Shown here: one piece after another, positions 10,503 through 21,347 of the stretch | How the letters are laid out: every line of letters starts with the position of its first letter | Position numbering within the stretch: position 1 is the stretch's first letter | Virus record (IMG/VR): IMGVR_UViG_3300017917_002349 | Span: 64,001 to 128,000 of that record | Length of the DNA: 64,000 nt | DNA from: a virus | Reading direction: 5' to 3' (one strand) | Translations under genes and position numbers: made by a program | Notes under the pieces: generated by a model | What the model was told of the DNA's origin: nothing | Database searches by the model: none | The model's input: the letters and a program-made list of their open reading frames with translations, nothing else

Positions 10503-11183
10503 ATGGATTTACATTTTATTACGAGTGTATCTAAAAATTATTGGAATGAAACGGGTCAGTACTGTATCAAAACTTGGAACAGTTTACCGGGAAAAATTAC
10601 AGTATATATAGATCAAAAAGACGGCGATTTAGACTGGATCAAAGATATTCCGTTTCATAAGGAACTTTTATATGTACCTAATCTAGAAGCCAGAGTCGCA
10701 GATAGAGCCAAGGTGAGAAAATTCTGGGGCAAGGCCACGGCACAGATTACAGCCTGTAGAAATCGAGGCCTGGACGAAAGAATAATCTGGATCGATGCAG
10801 ATGTAGAAAATACTCTGGCCAATATGCCTCCTGTAATTTTCAATTTTGAATTTCCTGAACCAGTGGCTGTGATGAATTCGGGAGATCATGAAGATTGTTG
10901 GGAATCAGGAATAGTGATTTTTAATCAGAGAGGTGAAAAGTTTGATCGATTTGTAAGACTATACGAAAAGGCATGGCTAGACGAAGACACTCTTTTGGGA
11001 TTATATAGGCCATATGATGCTCAGGTAATAGGACATGTGGCTTCTGAGCGAGGATATAAAAATCTATGTCAAAGAGAATGTAAAAATATAAATGCCATGG
11101 AAAATACTCATTTTGCTCCTTATTTTAAGCATTGGATTAACAAAGATAACAAAAAGAAATTACAAGAACAAAGAGCTCAGTGA
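10503..11183 (+). CDS. Putative glycosyltransferase (GT-A)
   Basis: WIDAD (DxD), ESG; resembles 16610-17416. Confidence 0.65.
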   Translation: MDLHFITSVSKNYWNETGQYCIKTWNSLPGKITVYIDQKDGDLDWIKDIPFHKELLYVPNLEARVADRAKVRKFWGKATAQITACRNRGLDERIIWIDADVENTLANMPPVIFNFEFPEPVAVMNSGDHEDCWESGIVIFNQRGEKFDRFVRLYEKAWLDEDTLLGLYRPYDAQVIGHVASERGYKNLCQRECKNINAMENTHFAPYFKHWINKDNKKKLQEQRAQ

Positions 11184-12115
11184 TGTCGACCATAGCCGTT
11201 TACCATAACTCCGTTCCTAATAAGAAAAGCCAAGAAAAAATTGATCTGTTGATAAATTTTTCTACGGGTGCAAAACGTTGTGGCGAATTAGTATTTGATT
11301 ATTACGATTATAATTATAGACCATCAGATGTGGCTATTATTCAAGGATGGATAGCTCCAGGGGTACCGACAGGTAAACATCTTCAATTGAGAAATACTGT
11401 AATACAACAACAGATCAGATCTCAAAAATACGTAGTAGGAGTAGACAGTAATTTATTCTTATATGCTAACAAGGAAAATCCCAAACATTATCTAAGATAT
11501 AGTTTTAACGGAATATTTCCCAATGCCGGTATTTATTGCGACAGTGAGATAGATCCTAGTCGCTGGCGCAAAATTAGTCAAGACTTTGATATTCATCTTA
11601 AAGATTATAGAAAAACAGGAGATCATATACTGTTATGCCTACAACGCAATGGCGGATGGAGTATGGATGGTTTTGATGTACAGGACTGGGCTAATAATGT
11701 GATAGATACTATTAAAAAACATACAGACAGGACCATAGTAATTAGGCCTCATCCAGGAGACAAAGCTTCTGCTAATTATCTCAATCCTAGAATGCCTGGC
11801 TGTAAAATAAAATTTAGTAAAAGAGTTATTCTAAGCTATGAAAAAAATCTCAAGGATGATCTCAAAGATTGCTGGGCCGCTATAAACTATAATTCTAGCC
11901 CAGTTGTGGGAGCTGCTATAGAAGGTGTACCTATTTTTGTCACAGATCCTGTACGTAGTCAATGTGCCGAGATCGCCAACCTCGATCTAACGCAAATAGA
12001 AAGTCCGCAATTACCTGATAGACAAAAATGGGTAGAACGACTGTCTATGTTTCATTGGAACTTCGACGAGTTGAAATCGGGTGAATGTTGGCAGCATATG
12101 AAAAGGTTCATATGA
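11180..12115 (+). CDS. Capsule-polysaccharide-synthesis-like protein, paralog 2
   Basis: IRPHP, NSSPVVGAAIEGVP, RQKW..LSMFHW..E..SG. Confidence 0.65.
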   Translation: MMSTIAVYHNSVPNKKSQEKIDLLINFSTGAKRCGELVFDYYDYNYRPSDVAIIQGWIAPGVPTGKHLQLRNTVIQQQIRSQKYVVGVDSNLFLYANKENPKHYLRYSFNGIFPNAGIYCDSEIDPSRWRKISQDFDIHLKDYRKTGDHILLCLQRNGGWSMDGFDVQDWANNVIDTIKKHTDRTIVIRPHPGDKASANYLNPRMPGCKIKFSKRVILSYEKNLKDDLKDCWAAINYNSSPVVGAAIEGVPIFVTDPVRSQCAEIANLDLTQIESPQLPDRQKWVERLSMFHWNFDELKSGECWQHMKRFI

Positions 12116-12118
12116 AAT

Positions 12119-12916
12119 ATGTATCAAATTTTGTTTAAAGACTACGAACAAGGTCATTCATGGTTTGATAATTGGAAGAACCTACGTATTTTAGATTCCT
12201 ACGAATATGTAGATAGATCTAAGCCTCTTATAATTGGTTCAGATCTCTTAAGACGAGAAGTAAGACATTCACTTAATACACATCAACCAGCAATCTATAT
12301 AGCTAGAGGTTATGTAGGTAACCATATGTATAAAAAAAGACAGCTGTGGAGATATAGTGTCAACGGATGGGCAAATACAAAATTATTAGATGTTCCTTAT
12401 TCTAGGTGGGATGTTATGAATTTAGAAAGACATCCTTGGAAAGTTAAAGAAGTTAAAAACGTGTTAATAGCTCCTAGTAAGATGACCATGCCTATATGGG
12501 ATCCGGAGTTTGGTTGGAACTGGGCCGATGACATGTCTAAAAAATTTCCGGGTGCTGAAACAAGAATAAGATATAAGCGAGGAAAAAGCGGTTTACGTTG
12601 GGCAACATTATTTGAAGATTTAGATTGGGCTGATCTAGTCGTAGCTCAGGGATCTGCTATCACTGCCGAAGCTTTTTGGTACGGAAAAAAAGTTATCAGT
12701 ACACATCCGTGCATTACCTGGGCAGCTCAAAAAAATACATTAGACGATTGGCAGGATCCAACCGAACCTACATTTAGAGATCTATGGCACGAGCACCTGG
12801 CATGGTGTCAATTTACCTCTGCTGAATGGGAATCGGGGGAGGTGTTGGATTTGATAGAAAAATATACAGGAAACCCGCTAGAATATATCGTTAATTATCC
12901 GTATGATTTCAAATAA
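12119..12916 (+). CDS. Capsule-polysaccharide-synthesis-like protein, paralog 3
   Basis: SAITAEAFWYG, R..W..HLAWCQF..E..SG. Confidence 0.6.
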   Translation: MYQILFKDYEQGHSWFDNWKNLRILDSYEYVDRSKPLIIGSDLLRREVRHSLNTHQPAIYIARGYVGNHMYKKRQLWRYSVNGWANTKLLDVPYSRWDVMNLERHPWKVKEVKNVLIAPSKMTMPIWDPEFGWNWADDMSKKFPGAETRIRYKRGKSGLRWATLFEDLDWADLVVAQGSAITAEAFWYGKKVISTHPCITWAAQKNTLDDWQDPTEPTFRDLWHEHLAWCQFTSAEWESGEVLDLIEKYTGNPLEYIVNYPYDFK

Positions 12917-13730
12917 AATTCTTTAAATCCAATAGCTGTTTTTGGTAATCCGGTATTTCAAAATTAATAGATTGCCTAGTGTCTACTAATATTTTGTTGA
13001 TTGTTTTAGGGCCGTGGGTCCTAATAATATTTTTATCTAAATTAAAAATATCATTAATTTTACAAAGTAAATCGTATTTGTTTATATAAACATGATTATT
13101 GACCAAATTATATATACCAAATATACTAGGATCATTAATATATTTTTCTATGCACTTTGCTAATTGTAGAGTAGTAATACCATTCCACATAGCATTCTCC
13201 CAACCGGGAATATCTCTCTCTTTGTTATGAATTAGCCAATTAAATAAACCAGAACCACTAGTTTTTAATTCGGGTCCTATAATACTCAATCTAAATGTAA
13301 TATCCTTAGAATTGTTTACTTCTCCCAAGGATTTAGATCTTCCATAAAAATTTCTTTCGGTATGAATATCATCTTCTTTATAATTACCTGATAATCCGTC
13401 AAAGACACAATCAGTAGATAGATGAATTAATTTAGTCTCGGAGTATTTAATTGCATTTTCTATGGTGTGAGGAAGCCATGAATTTATAATAATTGCTCTA
13501 TTAGGATTTTCGATACTATCTTTAACTAACAAACCTATACAATTAATAATGAAATCAAAATCTTCTGAACATAGTTTAAAAAATTTTTCTGTTGAAGATA
13601 TTTCTTCAATATCTAGTATAAAATCAGCATTGGATCTGGCTAAAGTCGAAACAGAATGACCTTGTTGACGTAAATATTTCACTATCATATGACCCGCCAT
13701 GCCATTTGATCCTAAAACTAAAATTTTCAT
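12909..13730 (-). CDS. dTDP-4-dehydrorhamnose-reductase-like SDR
   Basis: GSNGMAG, STDCVFDG, YGRSK. Confidence 0.88.
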   Translation of the reverse strand: MKILVLGSNGMAGHMIVKYLRQQGHSVSTLARSNADFILDIEEISSTEKFFKLCSEDFDFIINCIGLLVKDSIENPNRAIIINSWLPHTIENAIKYSETKLIHLSTDCVFDGLSGNYKEDDIHTERNFYGRSKSLGEVNNSKDITFRLSIIGPELKTSGSGLFNWLIHNKERDIPGWENAMWNGITTLQLAKCIEKYINDPSIFGIYNLVNNHVYINKYDLLCKINDIFNLDKNIIRTHGPKTINKILVDTRQSINFEIPDYQKQLLDLKNFI

Positions 13731-14707
13731 ATAAATTTTCCCTTGGTAAGCATAGTATGAATTTCTTCGTTATTCATAATTTTAGTTTTAGAAGAAAATT
13801 CCTCGTAAGGAAATTTTAGAAAATTTTGATATCTAGTCCTTAAAGTAGAATTAAATCCTGCCGGCAGAGTCACGTAATAATGATCATCATAACAATAGGT
13901 TAATTGAGATTCATGATGTGAAATTAACATTTCGTTTAGTTTTTCTCCAGGTCGCATTCCTGTTTCGATAATGTCAACCTTTCCGTATTCGTCCATAAGC
14001 ACATCTGCTAGATCTTTTATGTAACAAGCCGGCATATTCATTACAAAAGTCTCTCCTCCTATACTGTCGATAGATGCTTTAAATAATAGTTGTATCGCTT
14101 CTTCTAAAGTAAGAAAAAATCTAGTCATCTTTGTATCAGTTATAGTAATCGGACCTCCATTTTTTATCTGCTCAATAAAATAAGGAATCACCGATCCACT
14201 TGAACCCATGACATTTCCTCCTCTGATACAGACAAATTTTGTATAATCACTTAAATCATTTGCTTGAACAATAATTTTTTCTCCCACAGCTTTGGTCATT
14301 CCATAGAGATTAATGGGTTCCACTGCCTTATCGGAAGAAACATCAATAACTTTTTTTATTTTGTTTTCAATAGCTGCATTTACAATATTTGTAGTACCTA
14401 AAATATTTGTTTTAATGGTCTCTTGTACATTGATTTCGCATACTGGTACATGTTTAAGTGCAGCTAGGTGAAATACAAAATCTACACCTCTTGTTGCAAG
14501 TCTAACAGATTCGTAGTCTCTAACATCACCTATAATAAACTTGAGTTTAGGATTATTAAACTTTCTCGACATGAGAACTTGTTGAAGTTCTCCCCTAGAA
14601 AAGCATATTATTTCTTCAACATTATAATTTTTTAACAAAAGTGAAATTAGGGTCTGGCCCCAAGAACCAGTAGCGCCACTAACAAAAATTCTTGAATGAT
14701 CAAACAT
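13727..14707 (-). CDS. UDP-GlcNAc 4,6-dehydratase (CapD/FnlA/PseB family)
   Basis: GATGSWG, AALKHVP, SSDKA, YGMTK, GNVMGSSGSV, RPGEKL. Confidence 0.92.
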   Translation of the reverse strand: MFDHSRIFVSGATGSWGQTLISLLLKNYNVEEIICFSRGELQQVLMSRKFNNPKLKFIIGDVRDYESVRLATRGVDFVFHLAALKHVPVCEINVQETIKTNILGTTNIVNAAIENKIKKVIDVSSDKAVEPINLYGMTKAVGEKIIVQANDLSDYTKFVCIRGGNVMGSSGSVIPYFIEQIKNGGPITITDTKMTRFFLTLEEAIQLLFKASIDSIGGETFVMNMPACYIKDLADVLMDEYGKVDIIETGMRPGEKLNEMLISHHESQLTYCYDDHYYVTLPAGFNSTLRTRYQNFLKFPYEEFSSKTKIMNNEEIHTMLTKGKFI

Positions 14708-15260
14708 TTTGTTCCTCTAAAATTTTAATAATTTCATCATTAGAATATAATCTTACATTCTTTATAAAATCTAAGAATTCGTTGTATGACAAGTTCTTGT
14801 AATAATCCGAAGGGAACACTTTTTTTGCAGGCATTTTGATAAGAGTTAGTCCAAAATTTTCATTCATAGGAAAAATTTTAAAATCCTCTTCTTTTAAAAA
14901 ATAATATAATAGCTTATAGGAATCCGAACAAAGATGAGATTGTGCATGTTCTTCGCTAGGAGGTATCATGTCATGAATTAGAATCCACTCATTACAATGA
15001 TCAACCGAATTATTAAAATCTCTTAATACAAAATCATAATCGTGATTCGCATCAATAAAAATTATATCAAATTTTTTATCAATGTCTAAGCCGGCGAAAT
15101 ATTCATCTGTTGTGCCTGTAAACAATGCTTTGCCATTAAGATCCACTGAAAATTTATCATTTGATCTAATCGACATAAAATTATAATTTTTAAAAACACC
15201 TAATTCCAGATAACTTTTATTTTCGATATCGGGTAAGTGATTAATTACTTGACAACTCAT
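14700..15260 (-). CDS. Class I SAM-dependent methyltransferase
   Basis: YLELGV, FIDANH, HD motif. Confidence 0.8.
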   Translation of the reverse strand: MSCQVINHLPDIENKSYLELGVFKNYNFMSIRSNDKFSVDLNGKALFTGTTDEYFAGLDIDKKFDIIFIDANHDYDFVLRDFNNSVDHCNEWILIHDMIPPSEEHAQSHLCSDSYKLLYYFLKEEDFKIFPMNENFGLTLIKMPAKKVFPSDYYKNLSYNEFLDFIKNVRLYSNDEIIKILEEQNV

Positions 15261-15928
15261 TTTTTCTCCTTTGGAATTTTTGGTGCTCCGGTATATTTTC
15301 TACCTTTTGATGGCGGACAAAATGTATAATCCCAAGTTAGAAATTCTTCATTAGTTGCTACACCAAAGTTATACCCAAGTTCTATTTCAGGTAAATTTCT
15401 TTTTACAGCATTGTGATGTAACTTAACAGTGTTCCAACTCGGATCTGTGGGATCTAGCCATTTATCTATAAAATGTTTACATGCCTCTACAGGTTGCCAT
15501 GATGATGGTCTTTTCTCATATTCAACTTCCTCGGTAACATACATACCGATATTAGCTTCTTTTAATCTTATATAATAATCATCGTCCTCGTACCCACCAC
15601 CGACAAATCTTTCATCAAATGGTCCTATTCGTCTGAACAATTCTTTTTTGAATCCAAAAAAAGCCAGTCTGTAGAGCGCCACAAATCCGTATCCTTGATC
15701 AATTAATGACAAAAGTTTTTTAATGTCTGTTGATTTAGGCAACACCTTATCGGACATCATAATAACTATCTCTGATTCGCAACCGTCCACGCACGAATTT
15801 ACCAGTTTTGAAAAACTAGGACAATTTTCACCATTATGAAAGTGTAGAGTCTCGGGGGCTACACTCTTAGCTATGGGTGTATAATATTGAGGTTTATTAG
15901 AGATTAAAAAACATTTGTAATCATTCAT
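15257..15928 (-). CDS. Glycosyltransferase family 2-like
   Basis: IGPFDERF..GYEDDD. Confidence 0.75.
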   Translation of the reverse strand: MNDYKCFLISNKPQYYTPIAKSVAPETLHFHNGENCPSFSKLVNSCVDGCESEIVIMMSDKVLPKSTDIKKLLSLIDQGYGFVALYRLAFFGFKKELFRRIGPFDERFVGGGYEDDDYYIRLKEANIGMYVTEEVEYEKRPSSWQPVEACKHFIDKWLDPTDPSWNTVKLHHNAVKRNLPEIELGYNFGVATNEEFLTWDYTFCPPSKGRKYTGAPKIPKEKK

Positions 15929-16613
15929 CTTTAAATTTATCCCAGAATGTTTTTGACGATGTTAAACTCTTTTTACCTTCGTGTTTGGTCATTGCAATTC
16001 CCATGACATAACTATGGATCTGTATAATAACATGGTGCTGATTGATTGCATTGTCTGCTGGTAGGTACGTTTTAGAATACGTTTCTACTAATTTTTTTGC
16101 CGCATGTGGCTTGATTGCATAACCGCAATTTCCGGGCATTGAACTTTGATAATAATCAGCAGCTATGGCTTCTCCTGTGGGATTATCTAGGTAATGGCGA
16201 TATTTCTCAGTTTTACTAGGATGTCCTAGTGCCAATACCAAAACATCTTGCCAGTCAATGGGGATATAATTTCTAGATAAAACAATGTCATCTTCCCAAA
16301 TAATAATGGGCTCATTTAACTCAACACATTTTTTCCAGAGCCTATAATGACTATAGAAACATCCCTGTATACCCGGTCCCCAATGGAAATTCGGATCAGG
16401 CAATTCAACCACATCATTATCTTTAGGAGGACCCTTGATACCCCAAGGATGCAGAGTTCTACCTTCTTCTTTCATCATCAATCTAGCATCGTTACCATAG
16501 GTACCTTCAAATAACTCAACATCCGCACCGTATTCTTCTAGTTTATTTTTTAGGTCAGTGGCTGTTTTAAGAGATGCTTCAATCTTAGAAAGGCAGATAA
16601 TAAAATTCTTCAT
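15921..16613 (-). CDS. Glycosyltransferase family 25
   Basis: GCFYSHYRLW, WEDD, GYAIKP.AAKKL, PAD. Confidence 0.85.
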   Translation of the reverse strand: MKNFIICLSKIEASLKTATDLKNKLEEYGADVELFEGTYGNDARLMMKEEGRTLHPWGIKGPPKDNDVVELPDPNFHWGPGIQGCFYSHYRLWKKCVELNEPIIIWEDDIVLSRNYIPIDWQDVLVLALGHPSKTEKYRHYLDNPTGEAIAADYYQSSMPGNCGYAIKPHAAKKLVETYSKTYLPADNAINQHHVIIQIHSYVMGIAMTKHEGKKSLTSSKTFWDKFKDE

Positions 16614-17416
16614 TGCCAGTATGCCTCTTTTCTTCTTATTTTAAGATCATTAGGTTTACTACGACCTAGATTCTTTCTTTCACCTTTGAGATGATCAAGA
16701 TAGGCGCCCCACGCACTGTTAATTAATGGATGCCCTTCTCCTTTGACAATGCCCTGACTCCAATTGAGTGTCTGTAGAAACGGCATCCTTGATTTTACCT
16801 CATCAAATACAAAACTATCATGCCATTCGTCTAGATAAAAAATTCCTCGCTCGGCATGATCGTACATCCATTTAAATGCCGATAAAAAAGTCTTGGTCTG
16901 TTCAGATTTAAGGTTGAGAGAATATAATCCGCATTCTGAATATTTGCCATCACGTCCTAGATATCCTAGATCTATATTATTAGGACAAAATTCTTTGATT
17001 TTTTCTATACTTATAGGACTATGGCATACTGTATCAGCATCCATCCAGAACAATACATCAGCATCTGTCTCTTTGGCACAGTCAAAAATAGCGTAGACCT
17101 TATGAGCGAATCTAACAGCATCCCACTTAAATCCTTTACCAGCATCTTTTCTCTTAGATCTTACAGGATCATCGGATACGTCGCCATTGGCCTTGGGTAC
17201 ATTTGCCCAACGTTCCTTGAATTCTCGTAAATCTTTGACTTCTTCTAATCTTTTCAAGGTAACTCTACTATGATCAGAGATTCTTGGATTACATTCTTCG
17301 GGGTATAGGTGTAGAGTTACCTCAGCTGGCCAATTTTGCATAAATGTATCTATCATACGTTGACCATATTGTCTGAGTCCTCGATCGTTGAAGGTAGTTA
17401 CTACACTTATTTTCAT
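16610..17416 (-). CDS. Putative glycosyltransferase (GT-A)
   Basis: RFAHKVYA, WMDAD, SECG, EWHDSFVFD, DHLKG. Confidence 0.7.
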   Translation of the reverse strand: MKISVVTTFNDRGLRQYGQRMIDTFMQNWPAEVTLHLYPEECNPRISDHSRVTLKRLEEVKDLREFKERWANVPKANGDVSDDPVRSKRKDAGKGFKWDAVRFAHKVYAIFDCAKETDADVLFWMDADTVCHSPISIEKIKEFCPNNIDLGYLGRDGKYSECGLYSLNLKSEQTKTFLSAFKWMYDHAERGIFYLDEWHDSFVFDEVKSRMPFLQTLNWSQGIVKGEGHPLINSAWGAYLDHLKGERKNLGRSKPNDLKIRRKEAYWQ

Positions 17417-17808
17417 TGTATTTTCCATATATGATATTTTTTTGTATAATCCACGACTTGGAATCTTTCTTTTCTTAAAAACTTTACCTGTTCGCTGCTA
17501 TTAGAAGGATCACCTTCAATGATCAGCAGACATCGATTACGTTTCCATAAAGGAATCAGCTCTCTTACCAAATTAGTTTGATCTGCATCTATCAAAACGA
17601 AATCTATGTCGTAGAGTGTGTGTATAGTTTCTAAATTTTCACGGTAAATTAAATTTTTTGCCTTGATTAACGGCTCTTTAGGATATACTATGAAAATCGT
17701 ATCAGTACTTTCTAACAGATCTTCTAAATTTCCAAATCCTGAACCTATGACCAGACCATAACGAACATGTTGGCTGATTTTTTTTATCCGTTTTGAAAAT
17801 TTTCCCAT
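17413..17808 (-). CDS. Hypothetical protein (degenerate methyltransferase-like)
   Basis: VIGSGFG and DFVLID resemble MTase motifs; operon packing. Confidence 0.55.
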   Translation of the reverse strand: MGKFSKRIKKISQHVRYGLVIGSGFGNLEDLLESTDTIFIVYPKEPLIKAKNLIYRENLETIHTLYDIDFVLIDADQTNLVRELIPLWKRNRCLLIIEGDPSNSSEQVKFLRKERFQVVDYTKKYHIWKIQ

Positions 17809-17844
17809 GATTTGCTATTAAATACTACTATATTTATTCCCTAT

Positions 17845-18687
17845 ATGAGAGTCAAACTTTATAAAGAATACGGTGCGCTGAACAGTGGTCCTGTCTTTGC
17901 GGCAGTAGAGCAAGGATTGAAGCACATAGGCTGTCAGATAGTCAACGAGGGTCAAGACCTAGATGTGATTTGGTCAGTTTTATGGCAAGGACGTATGCAG
18001 GCCAATAAACGTGTATATGAAACAGCCAAATCACAGTGCAGACCCGTAATGATCATCGAAGTTGGAAATTTATTCAGAGGCAGAACATGGAGATTGTCTT
18101 TAGATAATATCAACGGGCTAGGAAATTTCGCCAATGACACTAACCTTGACCCGAATAGACCTAAAAAACTAGGAATAGATCTCAGGCCACCTGCTACTGC
18201 TAGAAAAAAAGACATATTAGTCATTGGGCAACATCATCACAGCCTTCAATGGCATAAAAAACAGCCAATGTCCGATTGGGTTTCGCAGACTCTGACAGAA
18301 ATACGGCAGCACACAGACAGACCTATAGTGATTAGGCCGCACCCACGTAACCCGTTTTCATTAAACATACCTGGAATCCGGGTTGAGTATCCTCAACAGG
18401 TTCCAGGAACCTATGACGATTTCAATTTTGATCCTTTTTATCATTGTGTACTTAATTTTAACAGTGGTCCTGCAGTGAAAGCAGCCATAGAAGGTGTCCC
18501 AGTCATCACAGATATGTCTAGTTTGGCCTATCCGGTCAGCGACAAATTAGAAAATATAGAAAATCCTCAACTTCCTTCTAGAGAAGATTGGTTTATCAGG
18601 CTCTGCCATACCGAATGGTTCATACCAGAACTGCAACAAGGAATTCCGCAACAGCGGTTGATAGAATATCTGGCCAGAAAGTCTTGA
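17845..18687 (+). CDS. Capsule-polysaccharide-synthesis-like protein, paralog 4
   Basis: IRPHPR, NSGPAVKAAIEGVP, REDW..LCHTEW..E..G. Confidence 0.65.
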   Translation: MRVKLYKEYGALNSGPVFAAVEQGLKHIGCQIVNEGQDLDVIWSVLWQGRMQANKRVYETAKSQCRPVMIIEVGNLFRGRTWRLSLDNINGLGNFANDTNLDPNRPKKLGIDLRPPATARKKDILVIGQHHHSLQWHKKQPMSDWVSQTLTEIRQHTDRPIVIRPHPRNPFSLNIPGIRVEYPQQVPGTYDDFNFDPFYHCVLNFNSGPAVKAAIEGVPVITDMSSLAYPVSDKLENIENPQLPSREDWFIRLCHTEWFIPELQQGIPQQRLIEYLARKS

Positions 18688-18712
18688 CTTCAGAGACTTT
18701 TTTTGCTATTAT
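18684..18712 (+). promoter_or_regulatory. Sigma70-type promoter giving a leaderless mRNA
   Basis: TTGACT-17-TATTAT; ATG 18719 at the expected +1. Confidence 0.7.
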
Positions 18713-18718
18713 TGTATT

Positions 18719-19906
18719 ATGACTAATTTTGCCTACATAGAAGACGTCTTTCTTCGATTCTGCGACCTCATCTGGCAGGATAAAATCGAAGTCTTGCCCT
18801 ATGACTTTAATATTTGTAGTAGTCTTACCCAGCAGCTTCATGATCAAAAGCTGATTACAGCCAATCAGGCAAATTTTATTCTCAAGATTTTATCAAGGTA
18901 TGTCTCGATAGCAGCCGAACACGGTGTGATATATCAGGACAACCTTGAAAATCCAATATGGAAAAATAAATTCCGTGTAGTGGACCTAGAAAAAAGAATT
19001 TTCATAGAACACACCGCTGATAGTATCAATATCTGTTTCAAATTTCCTTACTCGCTGAAAAATTTATTTGATAAAGAAATTGAAAAAGATGTTCCCTATG
19101 GCACCAGCTCATGGGATGCTGATAGAAAATTGAGAATAGGTAATTTCTACAATTATAATATCATACAGGTCTATGAATTTTGTAAGAAACATGACTTTTC
19201 TATCGACGACACCTTCCTTGATGCTGTCAGCCAAGTAGAAGAAATCTGGGAACAACAGGAAGAAATGAATTTTACCTCAAAAATTCTTGACGGTGAAATC
19301 ATATTATCTAATACGTCCGAAGACGTGTCAAATTATTGGTCGCAACATCGAAGCGATGATGTGATCAAAGACAGTTTTTTGGCAAAATCTATGGGTTACC
19401 CTATCAGATATGATCATACACCTAACAGTATATTTGAAAAAATCTGTTCCGAATCAGAAAAAATGTTCTGGTTGAAAACCTATGAAGATTTTTTCAGTGT
19501 ACACACAGCGGTAGGCGGAATCTCTGTGATCTTGTTAGACAGGAATACTAAGGATTTGGTCGAATATCTTAAAAACTTAGTTTCTATAGCCGATCAATTT
19601 GTTGATCGATCAGATATCAAGATCTGTTTCAGGGAAGAAAAAGCACAAAATTCAAATTTAAACAACTGGATTAAATCGTCGGGCCTAGGAGGTAAGGTTG
19701 ATCAAGGAAAAATCTTGATTTTTCAACACAAACCGGCCAAATGGTTGTTTACAAAAAATGTAGATGTTAAAATTATTGGTACTAACAGTTATACTCCTCA
19801 CATGGAACCTATATCGTCTAGTTGGATACAGAGTCATCCCTGTGTATTATACATAGGCGATGTTAAACCAACATCGACAAGGAATAAAAAAATTGTCAAC
19901 TTGTAA
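18719..19906 (+). CDS. Hypothetical protein upstream of uvsW
   Basis: 395-aa ORF with its own promoter. Confidence 0.8.
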   Translation: MTNFAYIEDVFLRFCDLIWQDKIEVLPYDFNICSSLTQQLHDQKLITANQANFILKILSRYVSIAAEHGVIYQDNLENPIWKNKFRVVDLEKRIFIEHTADSINICFKFPYSLKNLFDKEIEKDVPYGTSSWDADRKLRIGNFYNYNIIQVYEFCKKHDFSIDDTFLDAVSQVEEIWEQQEEMNFTSKILDGEIILSNTSEDVSNYWSQHRSDDVIKDSFLAKSMGYPIRYDHTPNSIFEKICSESEKMFWLKTYEDFFSVHTAVGGISVILLDRNTKDLVEYLKNLVSIADQFVDRSDIKICFREEKAQNSNLNNWIKSSGLGGKVDQGKILIFQHKPAKWLFTKNVDVKIIGTNSYTPHMEPISSSWIQSHPCVLYIGDVKPTSTRNKKIVNL

Positions 19907-21347
19907 ATTAATCATAAAAGATGAAGTCAATATCCGAGTAGAAGGACTTGCAGTTGAGACAAGACGTAAAATTGTCAACGAATTAAAATTCGATCTACCA
20001 TATGCACGCCACATGCCAGCATATAAATTAGGTCGATGGGACGGAACCAAGACCTATTTTGGTATCGGGGGTACAGGTTACCTTGCTCATCTAGATGTTA
20101 TATTACCTATCATAGAACAATCTGGATATGATATCGAAATTGAGGATTTAAGACAGCATCTATCATTTAAATTTCCTACCATAGGAGAAAATTACTGGGC
20201 AGATCAAGGTAAGACTTGGCCTAAAGGACATCCTGAAGCAGGTAAGCCTATTATCCTACGTGATTATCAATATGACGTTGTCAATAAATTTTTAGAAAAT
20301 CCACAGGCTCTACAGGAGGTAGCCACAGGTGCAGGCAAGACTATTACTACGGCGACGTTATCGCATCTTTGTGAGGTATATGGTCGTACAATGGTTATTG
20401 TTCCGAACAAATCGCTTGTTGTCCAGACTGAAGAAGACTACAAAAATCTAGGATTAGATGTAGGTGTTTATTTTGGCGACCGTAAAGAATTAAATCGTAC
20501 ACACACTATCTGCACATGGCAAAGTCTTAATGTGCTAGACAAGAAAAGTTATGATTCTGAGACATTATCCTTAGCTGAATTCTGCGAAGGAGTTGTAGCA
20601 GTAATAGTAGACGAAGTGCATCAGGCCAAAGCCGATGTTCTGACGAAATTGCTCACACAGAATTTTAGACATTGTGCCATACGATGGGGACTTACAGGAA
20701 CAGTACCGAGAGAAAAATGGGAGTTTCATGGAATACTAGCCAGTATAGGACCTGTGATTAATCAGGTTTCGGCACATGATCTACAACAGAAAGATGTATT
20801 GGCTCAATTGCATATCAATATACTTCAAACCACTGATGTTCAGGTGTTCAGGTCCTACCAAGAAGAATATACGTATCTGGTCACAGATAGTACTAGGATG
20901 GATTGGCTGGGTGCAAAAATCAAAGAAATTTCTCAATCAGGAAACACATTGGTATTAGTTAACAGGATTGATACCGGAAATAAATTGATGACTTTGATAC
21001 CCGAAGCAGTGTTTATTTCCGGTGCGGTAAAACTAGATGATAGAAAAGAAGAATATGATGAAATTAAAACAAGCGATAACAAGATTATTGTGGCGACTTA
21101 CGGTGTGGCCGCTGTTGGTATTAATATCCCTAGGATTTTTAATCTGGTTCTTTTGGAACCCGGAAAGAGCTTTGTTCGCGTTATACAATCAATTGGACGC
21201 GGTATTCGCAAAGCAGAAGACAAAGACTTCGTACAGATCTGGGATATAACCAGCACCTGCAAATATGCCAAGAGACATCTTACAGAAAGAAAAAAATATT
21301 ATAAAGAAGCCAAATATCCTTTTACAGTATCCAAGGTAACAATATGA
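19893..21347 (+). CDS. uvsW: SF2 DNA helicase UvsW
   Basis: LRDYQ, ATGAGKT, DEVH, GLTGT, QSIGRGIR; probable TTG start at 19893. Confidence 0.92.
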   Translation: MSTCKLIIKDEVNIRVEGLAVETRRKIVNELKFDLPYARHMPAYKLGRWDGTKTYFGIGGTGYLAHLDVILPIIEQSGYDIEIEDLRQHLSFKFPTIGENYWADQGKTWPKGHPEAGKPIILRDYQYDVVNKFLENPQALQEVATGAGKTITTATLSHLCEVYGRTMVIVPNKSLVVQTEEDYKNLGLDVGVYFGDRKELNRTHTICTWQSLNVLDKKSYDSETLSLAEFCEGVVAVIVDEVHQAKADVLTKLLTQNFRHCAIRWGLTGTVPREKWEFHGILASIGPVINQVSAHDLQQKDVLAQLHINILQTTDVQVFRSYQEEYTYLVTDSTRMDWLGAKIKEISQSGNTLVLVNRIDTGNKLMTLIPEAVFISGAVKLDDRKEEYDEIKTSDNKIIVATYGVAAVGINIPRIFNLVLLEPGKSFVRVIQSIGRGIRKAEDKDFVQIWDITSTCKYAKRHLTERKKYYKEAKYPFTVSKVTI

